Positions 10,318 through 17,493 of a DNA stretch of 56,542 nt are shown here, piece after piece (within the stretch, counting starts at the first letter, position 1; each line of letters begins with the position of its first letter). Where the stretch lies: IMG/VR virus record IMGVR_UViG_3300008952_002040, positions 1 to 56,542 of that record; one strand, 5' to 3'. The notes beneath the pieces were generated by a model. That model saw only the letters and a program-made list of their open reading frames with translations. It was not told the origin of the DNA and made no database searches. This DNA is from a virus (lineage: Duplodnaviria; Caudoviricetes). The position numbers were made by a program, and so were the translations under genes.

Positions 10318-11008
10318 GCTCAATATTTATACGGGGAAACAAAATATCTGAGCAAAACAAATTCACATCTTCTTCATCCAACCCTAAAGACTTCATTACC
10401 TTTGGGGTATGTGGATTCTTTTTTTGGTTGTCACAATAATAATTTTGGCGTTCAGATACTTCTTGAACAATTCCCCTTCCATTAGATTCTGATACATTAT
10501 CAAAATAATAATTTAAGTTTTTTAATGTTAGCATTATAATATCTAATGATTCTGCTTCTGTATTAACATTACTAGCAGCAATCATAGAAGGAGAAAATAT
10601 ATTTAAGGCCCATTCAGGCAAAGACCTCTTTTTACTAGGAACAAAACTGGAAACAGAATCGGCAAACCACTGTATCATAAAATGATTCTTATCTGTTGTT
10701 GCAGAAAAATCATGGAAAGCTCCTGTCATTTTATTTTTACCTGATATAACATCAAAGCCAAATATTGGACTAGTATTATCTAAATTAGGAAAAATACAAA
10801 CGTGCATCATCCATAATTTCTTTGTATCACGAACATCCACAACATCTATATGGCAACGTCTAGTTGACTCGGTTTGCCATACTCTATTCATCCATCCAGG
10901 TTGGTTGAAATGATCCATACCCGGTTCAAATATTTCAACACCTACATCATCAAATTTTTTTATAAATTCATCTTGTAATGATATAAGGTTGTCCCATAAA
11001 ACACTCAT
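10304..11008 (-). CDS. pcyX: Ferredoxin-dependent bilin reductase, PcyX type
   Basis: [81 protein letters not shown]. His/Asp catalytic pair (MMHV, GFDV) as in the PcyA/PcyX group; context with hemO and hemA matches the known phage cassette. Confidence 0.88.
   Translation of the reverse strand: MSVLWDNLISLQDEFIKKFDDVGVEIFEPGMDHFNQPGWMNRVWQTESTRRCHIDVVDVRDTKKLWMMHVCIFPNLDNTSPIFGFDVISGKNKMTGAFHDFSATTDKNHFMIQWFADSVSSFVPSKKRSLPEWALNIFSPSMIAASNVNTEAESLDIIMLTLKNLNYYFDNVSESNGRGIVQEVSERQNYYCDNQKKNPHTPKVMKSLGLDEEDVNLFCSDILFPRINIEHDIS
10324..10331 (-). promoter_or_regulatory. T4-type late promoter TATAAATA directly upstream of hemA
   Basis: Minus strand reads TATAAATA-TTGAGC-ATG; lies inside the 3' end of pcyX. 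Confidence 0.6.
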
Positions 11009-11121
11009 GCAATAAACAATAAAATCAATATAACAAACACTACCATGATTTGATGAGCAATATATTCATCTGATTTCAATTTTGGATAGCTCTGCAATAA
11101 AAATTTAAAAGTTTCTTTCAT
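11005..11121 (-). CDS. 38-aa single-pass membrane peptide (not in ORF track)
   Basis: [38 protein letters not shown]. It fills the gap between the 97-aa ORF and pcyX; AAAAGG precedes the ATG; its stop overlaps the pcyX start (ATGA coupling). Confidence 0.7.
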   Translation of the reverse strand: MKETFKFLLQSYPKLKSDEYIAHQIMVVFVILILLFIA

Positions 11122-11125
11122 CCTT

Positions 11126-11419
11126 TTAACGCTGTTTAGCATCTTTTATGAATTTAGGAATCAATGCCAAATAGTAAAGAGCACCAAGACCTATACACCA
11201 TAGAAGAATAGATTTGTATTCTGTTTGCCAACCAATGAACATTAAAATAATACACGCTACATCTATAATTGAATAGTACAGCCTAAAATTAACTTCACCA
11301 TTAGGTTCACATTTTTCAATAAGTTTTAATCTAGCATTAAATAACCATGGGCTAATATGTCTCCCCATAACAAAAATATGCAACAGCAAAAATACTGTTA
11401 GTCCTATATAAAATAACAT
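11126..11419 (-). CDS. 97-aa membrane protein, about 3 hydrophobic segments, unknown function
   Basis: Three hydrophobic stretches; ATG abuts the heme oxygenase stop; GGAG upstream. Confidence 0.78.
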   Translation of the reverse strand: MLFYIGLTVFLLLHIFVMGRHISPWLFNARLKLIEKCEPNGEVNFRLYYSIIDVACIILMFIGWQTEYKSILLWCIGLGALYYLALIPKFIKDAKQR

Positions 11420-11986
11420 CTACTCAACTCCTAAATTATTTTGTTGTTGATATTCTAAAACTTCATCTAAAAGTTCATTAGATAATTCAAATACAGCAAC
11501 AGCTTCATCATACATACTATCATCCAATTTTGAAACAATTTCAGCTATAGCAGTTTTAGCATCATCAAATTCATAAAATTTTCCGGAACCCGGAACTTGA
11601 TTTTTTAATATTTGACCACCATGTAGTTCACCCATATGTCTAACATACACATGAGCCATAATTATTGTGGGGTTGTGGAAATTTTTTATTATCCTATCTT
11701 TATGCTTTTTTGTAGTGTTACAGGTGGGTGCCGGGAAATCTTTGTCCCATAATTCTTGAAAATCATCCAACAACTTAGAAGAACGAAGCGTATCTTCGTT
11801 AATTAAATTTAATTCAAGAGCTGCATTTTCTAATACTACATAAATTTGATATAAATTCCAAAGATAAACTGCATATGTTTCAGGATCAATATCTCCTTTT
11901 AACATTTGTTCTGCTATTTCATGCCGTTCTGATTTATGATGAACTTCCATCGTTAAAGAACGTAAATTATCTGTACGCTTATTCAT
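11420..11986 (-). CDS. hemO: Heme oxygenase (HemO/Ho1 type)
   Basis: Proximal-His helix LRSLTMEVHHKSE, YAVYL.NLY.IY..LE, distal helix AHVYVRHMGELHGGQIL, PGSGKFYEF, DEA.AVF. Start set at ATG 11986 (AAGAGG RBS) rather than TTG 12055. Confidence 0.92.
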   Translation of the reverse strand: MNKRTDNLRSLTMEVHHKSERHEIAEQMLKGDIDPETYAVYLWNLYQIYVVLENAALELNLINEDTLRSSKLLDDFQELWDKDFPAPTCNTTKKHKDRIIKNFHNPTIIMAHVYVRHMGELHGGQILKNQVPGSGKFYEFDDAKTAIAEIVSKLDDSMYDEAVAVFELSNELLDEVLEYQQQNNLGVE

Positions 11987-12009
11987 TATATAATAACCTC
12001 TTATTATTG

Positions 12010-12042
12010 CTATAGGGGTAGAAATTGCTTCTACCCCTATAG
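12010..12042. promoter_or_regulatory. Perfect 14-bp inverted repeat (hairpin or operator) in the hemO leader
   Basis: CTATAGGGGTAGAA-ATTGC-TTCTACCCCTATAG; no U-tract follows on the minus strand, so it is not a classical intrinsic terminator. Confidence 0.7.
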
Positions 12043-12044
12043 AA

Positions 12045-12068
12045 TATTTAGTCAAAAACTATTTAGTC
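12045..12068 (-). promoter_or_regulatory. Tandem GACTAAATA elements, candidate variant late promoters for the tetrapyrrole cassette
   Basis: Minus strand: GACTAAATA-GTTTTT-GACTAAATA, just before the hairpin; resembles the TATAAATA consensus. Confidence 0.45.
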
Positions 12069-14321
12069 ACACGGTCCGGAGTGCATGACATGTTGAGATT
12101 CTTGACCTTGGTCATTTCTTGAGTATTCCCAGAAACTATAGTGAAAACAAGACCGGTGGGAATCGGAATCGTTACCTGTCCACAACATCTTACCTCTATC
12201 ATCCATCCAAGCTTGCATTGGCCGGTGGGCGTAACCAAAAGCTCCAATATTCATAATTCTAGTACCAGCTGGGAGAAGTGCTCGACGTTTATTTGAATAA
12301 TTCAGCTGATCAAAATCAGGATAGTTCTCAGCAGGAGATTCATCACTATTCCATCCCCAGGAGTTGCTGCTGCCCTCGTAGTAACCCAACCCTTTGTAGC
12401 CATAAGTATTATAACCACCACTCCAACAATCGCCATTACTGTCTAGATATATCGGACTAGTCCATTGATAACTACCATCACCACCATCATGGTTATGACT
12501 AGTAGCATATTTGGTCCAGCGAGGACCCTTAATTTGTACAAAGTGTCCAGGATGACCAGTCGATTGATACCAATACATAGAACCAGACGGACTGTGTCCT
12601 AAATCGCCGTGAGCGTAATTGCCTGATGTAGTCCAAGTCATGCCGGTGCTTTTCTGTTTGAATGTAAAGTGGAATTCATAACCCGTTTCACCACCTGGCC
12701 AAAAATCTTCAATGTCGCCGTTTGGTCGGAAATTCAATCGTTTAAATGAGCCCATTTGGTGTGAGTCGTGTCCGCCCATTCTACTAAACCCTGGCATCTG
12801 GCCTGCGCTGTGATGGCCAGCAGCCCACAACCAACCTTCACCATCCAATGCGAATAATAAACCGGTAGACGCTGAACTATCGCTTGGCACAAAATCTAAT
12901 TTTTTAAGTCCGCCATAATAATTGAAATCAACACTAACTAGTGTAGGAGTGTGCATATAGTAAGTACCATTCCGATGGCCAACTCCTAGTTCGCCGTTAT
13001 TGTTATGACCCCAAGCCCAGAGCAACCCTTCTTCATCTAATGCCCAGAATCTACCCTCATTGCTACCAGAAGCGTAAATATCTACGATCATTTTACCATC
13101 AAAGAAAAATTGTGGAATTCGCATTGGTCTACTAAAGTTAGAACTATACCATGCCCAAGTATTTGGATAAGTATAATCTTGTCCATCAGGACCTTTAGCT
13201 GTACCACTACCGTTGAAATCACCACTATTCTTTACATCTGGGTTGCCAAAACCTAATTGACCGTTGTTATTATATCCCCACATCCAAACAGAACCATCTT
13301 GTCCTAAAGCCATAGTAGAAGAAGTGCTACTTGTATTAGCTCCAGCTGAACTGGATTCTATTTTAATTATTTTTGTCTCACTAAAGCTTTTCGCAATTGG
13401 AGTACCTAACCAATCAATATGGTCATCAGCAGCACAGCGAACTGGATAATAGCGATCGGATGTTGATCGCTCTCCCAACTGTGAATTTCCATTATATCCA
13501 GCACCATAAACCTCTCCATTGTTCATTAAGAAGAATGAATTGTGGGCACTACCTATACACTGTACAACCCGAGGAGTTTCACCATCAGGTGTAATCAGTC
13601 CTTCACCAGCTGCAGCTGCTAAAGTGTTCCATGAACTATTATCTCCACTATTTAACCAATCAGTGAAAGTAAATCCAGGATAATGGTGTTTAGCTCTATT
13701 AGAGCTACCACCAACACTGCTGGCGCCAACGCCATTATATCCATTTTGATCGTTACCACCAACGCACTGTACTGTTCCATCAGAACAAATATGCATGCTA
13801 CTATAACCAGTCATTTGTTGACTCTGGTGCATCTTGTAGCCCATATTATATTTCCAACCTAATGGAGCACTGTTTCTAAATGCAATACCTTCGTGTCTAC
13901 CATCTCGTCCTCTAGAGGATTCTAATACTTTAACCCAATAGTCCGTTTCTTCTACCCAAGTATTTTTATACCGAGTACCTTTTATACACTGGTAAAGATG
14001 TCCATTGGCTTTGCACATTTCTCCAACTTCATATTGGCGATGATAATCCCATGTTGAAACATCAACGTTGCCGCGAATATGAACAACCCAATAAGTTTTA
14101 TTATCCGGCCGACACGACCATTTAACGACTTCGGGATGCTCGAAATTATAGTGAGTGGTGCCTGTTGTACCTTCAGATGAAATACTATAATCTCGTGGAT
14201 TATCTCTTATACACCGATAAGATTTGCCTTGCCATTGTACAATATCATTTTTATCATACCATGTTCGTTCTTGCCATGGACCTTTCCAGGTTAACTTTAA
14301 TTTATTAATGTCTAAAGCCAT
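12063..14321 (-). CDS. RCC1/BLIP-II-like beta-propeller virion protein, paralog 3 (752 aa)
   Basis: Repeats NNGEVYGAGYNGNSQLG, DGSVWMWGYNNNGQLG, EEGLLWAWGHNNNGELG; two N-terminal W..(..)Y...D/E.V...G..Y.C modules. Confidence 0.82.
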   Translation of the reverse strand: MALDINKLKLTWKGPWQERTWYDKNDIVQWQGKSYRCIRDNPRDYSISSEGTTGTTHYNFEHPEVVKWSCRPDNKTYWVVHIRGNVDVSTWDYHRQYEVGEMCKANGHLYQCIKGTRYKNTWVEETDYWVKVLESSRGRDGRHEGIAFRNSAPLGWKYNMGYKMHQSQQMTGYSSMHICSDGTVQCVGGNDQNGYNGVGASSVGGSSNRAKHHYPGFTFTDWLNSGDNSSWNTLAAAAGEGLITPDGETPRVVQCIGSAHNSFFLMNNGEVYGAGYNGNSQLGERSTSDRYYPVRCAADDHIDWLGTPIAKSFSETKIIKIESSSAGANTSSTSSTMALGQDGSVWMWGYNNNGQLGFGNPDVKNSGDFNGSGTAKGPDGQDYTYPNTWAWYSSNFSRPMRIPQFFFDGKMIVDIYASGSNEGRFWALDEEGLLWAWGHNNNGELGVGHRNGTYYMHTPTLVSVDFNYYGGLKKLDFVPSDSSASTGLLFALDGEGWLWAAGHHSAGQMPGFSRMGGHDSHQMGSFKRLNFRPNGDIEDFWPGGETGYEFHFTFKQKSTGMTWTTSGNYAHGDLGHSPSGSMYWYQSTGHPGHFVQIKGPRWTKYATSHNHDGGDGSYQWTSPIYLDSNGDCWSGGYNTYGYKGLGYYEGSSNSWGWNSDESPAENYPDFDQLNYSNKRRALLPAGTRIMNIGAFGYAHRPMQAWMDDRGKMLWTGNDSDSHRSCFHYSFWEYSRNDQGQESQHVMHSGPCD

Positions 14322-14350
14322 GTTTGTTTACCCTTATTTTAAATTATTTT

Positions 14351-14749
14351 TTAGAATCCAAGACTTGCTTTAAATTCTTCTTCTTCTGTTCCGATTGCAG
14401 CGATAGATGCTAATACATCAGCATCACTATCTACTATACCTTGCAACAATTTCGATAGAGGTGTATTTAAGGTAAGTTTTGATTGAATGTCCACCGTTCC
14501 TCGAATTAGGACCTGACTCACCGCAGCTACTTCCGCTAATGCAGCTGCATCAGTGGTTTTATCATATACGGTAACTTCAAAATCTCCCTGACCTGTTGTT
14601 ACTGTTACCTTTGCGTCATCATAAGAAAACCATTCCTTATCATCATGTGAAGCCAAGAACACAGGGGTATCTTCTACATCAGCTACCACTGGCGCAACAT
14701 AATCATCTGTAAGGGCAATGGACTTGTGACTAAAAATCTTCTTCGCCAT
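14351..14749 (-). CDS. Hypothetical protein (132 aa), possibly an assembly chaperone or adaptor
   Basis: Clean ORF with GGAG RBS and upstream TATAAATA, between two propeller genes; the function is a guess from position. Confidence 0.7.
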   Translation of the reverse strand: MAKKIFSHKSIALTDDYVAPVVADVEDTPVFLASHDDKEWFSYDDAKVTVTTGQGDFEVTVYDKTTDAAALAEVAAVSQVLIRGTVDIQSKLTLNTPLSKLLQGIVDSDADVLASIAAIGTEEEEFKASLGF

Positions 14750-14792
14750 TTTAACTATTCTCCATTTAAAAGTTATATTTTTTTGTTATTAA

Positions 14793-14800
14793 TATTTATA
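14793..14800 (-). promoter_or_regulatory. T4-type late promoter TATAAATA
   Basis: Intergenic TATTTATA on + strand upstream of the 14749 start. Confidence 0.78.
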
Positions 14801-14803
14801 TGT

Positions 14804-17470
14804 TTACCGACCCATGCCAGGATTAGACATTAGTCCATTATTGTTACTGTTATAACACCATGAATTATGGCCATTTAAGTGATTGCCTTCATTAGATGAA
14901 TAACCGCTAAATCCCCATAATAGGATTTGACCATCTTCTGTTATAACCCACGGCATATTACCAAAGTAATTGGTACTTTCATATATGCCTTGAGGAATAA
15001 CATGACTTATTTTCGTGCCAGCAGGAATATACTTGTGATATGGCTTATATGTGCCATCTTCACCTGTCCAATTGCTGCCTGCATATGGATTGCCACCTTC
15101 ATTATAAGAATCATAGCCTTGTCCTAAGAACTCACCGGAATCGGTAAGAGCCCAAGTATGACCAACATCACTATATGTTCCGCATGTACCAATATCTTTA
15201 AGATTTTTAATCTTTGTAATAAGTGAAGGTGGATAATCAGATCCAGTAGCACCATCCAACCCGAGATAATTGCCGCTTGAAGCTCCGGCATGATATGTAT
15301 CGCCGTTTTTAGTTCTTATAAAGAGTCCGACATAACCGTTCCAGGAGATTCCCCAAATATCAACAATATCACCACCAGGTGCAGATGTCATTTTGACCCA
15401 TCCGTCTTGGTGGTTTGTTGTATCTGATCCTCCGGAATTACCATAACCGTTATATCCAGAGTGCCATATATACCCATTATTATCTAAAATCCAAATACTG
15501 GTGTTGCCACTATACCCAGCAATTTGCCAACAAGCCATACCATCCACTGCTGGATCCCACTGGTTAGTAGCTGACCCACCACCACCAATTTTTACTGGTC
15601 GATAATGGTTTGTTGTATTGGATTGTCCAAGTTGGCCAGCACCATTATAACCCCAACCATACAGATGATCGTCTTGAGTTCGTGCAACCATTGTGGAGCT
15701 GTGTCCTGAGCAAGCAATATCAATTACTCGTTTGTTTTCAAAATATTCTTGAGGAATTTTGAATGGAGAGCCCCAATGCTCGGTACGACCTCTACCAAGC
15801 TCGCCGTTGCCATTATAGCCCCATGTCCAAACCTGGCCTTTATCATCAAGAGCCATACAAGCATGATTATTAGTCTCTGTTGGACCACTGTTAGCCGCAA
15901 TCTTAACAATAAACACACCACGTAGGTTTTGACCTACTTGAGGCATCCGATGATCGCTAAATTGCCCATGGCCCGCCTGGCCGTGTCCACCATAACCTTT
16001 ATGCTGGACTTCTCCGTTATCAAAAAGGAAATACTTCCAATCATAACCTTGACAAATCTGAACACACTTAGGTGTCCTTCTCTTATCAGCTCGATTTGTG
16101 TGTCGGCCGTTTGAAGAAAACCCTTTAATGCTAGGATCATTATGGCCAAAATGACTTTTATCTCCTGATTCATTCCAATCTCTAAATACAAAATCTACTT
16201 CCGAAAAATAACTTAACGGACGAGTTGTGTGTGGTGTTGATGAACTACCATAACCCAAAGAATACACGCATCCATTTTTATCAATAAATGTTCTATTGCG
16301 ATAGATGCCTGTCCCTGGGTTGTTCAATGGCTCTTTATATTTCCAAGCGATCCGACCCATATTAGATGCCCAAATAGCTGCCTGATCGTTACTATTACCA
16401 CCACTAATTTGTTCCCAACTATTATGCCAACTTTGAATTGGACTATATTTGCCCATAGCATCTTTAGATCGTCCTGATGTTGTTGCAGCATCTGCCATCA
16501 AGTCGGAACGAGTTCTATTCATTTCTTTGGTCATATATGGAGGTGCACCAACATTATCTCGTAGTGCCCTATAAAAACCAGAAGTATTACTTGACTCTTG
16601 ACTTTTCATAGATACTATATCACCCCAATAATATTGAGTTGAAGCATCATAATCTCCTCTATAGTTTATTCCACCCATAGACATTAAGTCCCAATATTCG
16701 TGTCCGATCCAACCTTTATTAACATGGATTCCTTTACTATCATACATTGCTGCAGTAGTTTTAGAGAAAGGATAAATTTTCTCATATCCAACAGGAACAT
16801 GAAGTTCTACTTTACGATTTAAATTTTCTATATCTTGATAGGTGCTACTAGTCGTGTTTAATGTTGCTTCATAATGTGCCTGGGTAACCTCTTTATTATT
16901 TAAAAAGTATTTAAGAGGCGAATCATCCCCTGATGTCCAAAGCGAAACACCGCTGTTATGAGTACCATCAGCTGTTATGCTGAAATCTAAAGGATACCCC
17001 TTTTCAGCTGGGCCGTTTTGATGAAAACTATAATAACCCATTTCAGCAAATGAAACATCCATTCCATTTTCATCAATACCTAAAGTTTCAGGCGTTTTAA
17101 TACTATCAATATAATATTTCATAACGCCGGCACCAATATCTACTCTTTCTACTTGGTGGTTGTTATCTACTGGTCGATAATTATAAGGAAAATTAGAAGT
17201 ATCATCAAAGCTATGATAAGCATTAATATCTTCATCTGTTTCCAAATGTCCGCTAAATTTAGAACGTAAATTCCATAGCGTTTTATAATTTTTATATCCC
17301 TGTCCTTTATCGCCAGGAGCAAATGTTTCATGTGAATTTGGGGAATAAGATTTTTTACAATACCAAATCTTACCGCCGTGCTGGACCGTATCACCTACTT
17401 CATAGGTAATATTAGGATCCCAGTCCCCTTCAAATGAAAACTTTAATTTTCCTAAATCAATTGTTGCCAT
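14804..17470 (-). CDS. RCC1/BLIP-II-like beta-propeller virion protein, paralog 2 (888 aa)
   Basis: DKGQVWTWGYNGNGELG, DHLYGWGYNGAGQLG, NNGYIWHSGYNGYGNSG; N-terminus MATIDLGKLKFSFEGDW. Confidence 0.82.
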   Translation of the reverse strand: MATIDLGKLKFSFEGDWDPNITYEVGDTVQHGGKIWYCKKSYSPNSHETFAPGDKGQGYKNYKTLWNLRSKFSGHLETDEDINAYHSFDDTSNFPYNYRPVDNNHQVERVDIGAGVMKYYIDSIKTPETLGIDENGMDVSFAEMGYYSFHQNGPAEKGYPLDFSITADGTHNSGVSLWTSGDDSPLKYFLNNKEVTQAHYEATLNTTSSTYQDIENLNRKVELHVPVGYEKIYPFSKTTAAMYDSKGIHVNKGWIGHEYWDLMSMGGINYRGDYDASTQYYWGDIVSMKSQESSNTSGFYRALRDNVGAPPYMTKEMNRTRSDLMADAATTSGRSKDAMGKYSPIQSWHNSWEQISGGNSNDQAAIWASNMGRIAWKYKEPLNNPGTGIYRNRTFIDKNGCVYSLGYGSSSTPHTTRPLSYFSEVDFVFRDWNESGDKSHFGHNDPSIKGFSSNGRHTNRADKRRTPKCVQICQGYDWKYFLFDNGEVQHKGYGGHGQAGHGQFSDHRMPQVGQNLRGVFIVKIAANSGPTETNNHACMALDDKGQVWTWGYNGNGELGRGRTEHWGSPFKIPQEYFENKRVIDIACSGHSSTMVARTQDDHLYGWGYNGAGQLGQSNTTNHYRPVKIGGGGSATNQWDPAVDGMACWQIAGYSGNTSIWILDNNGYIWHSGYNGYGNSGGSDTTNHQDGWVKMTSAPGGDIVDIWGISWNGYVGLFIRTKNGDTYHAGASSGNYLGLDGATGSDYPPSLITKIKNLKDIGTCGTYSDVGHTWALTDSGEFLGQGYDSYNEGGNPYAGSNWTGEDGTYKPYHKYIPAGTKISHVIPQGIYESTNYFGNMPWVITEDGQILLWGFSGYSSNEGNHLNGHNSWCYNSNNNGLMSNPGMGR

Positions 17471-17493
17471 TGTTGTTTTTCCTGTTTAAAATT

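Noticed and set aside
9127-11986. Cyanophage ho1/pebS or ho1/pcyA photosynthesis cassette
   Set aside because: The reductase motifs fit PcyX, and the linked ALA synthase is Shemin-type, whereas cyanobacteria use the C5 pathway.
12017-12035. GGTAGAA-N5-TTCTACC resembles the alphaproteobacterial Irr ICE box (TTTAGAA-N3-TTCTAAA)
   Set aside because: Spacer length and outer bases do not match; kept only as an unexplained inverted repeat.
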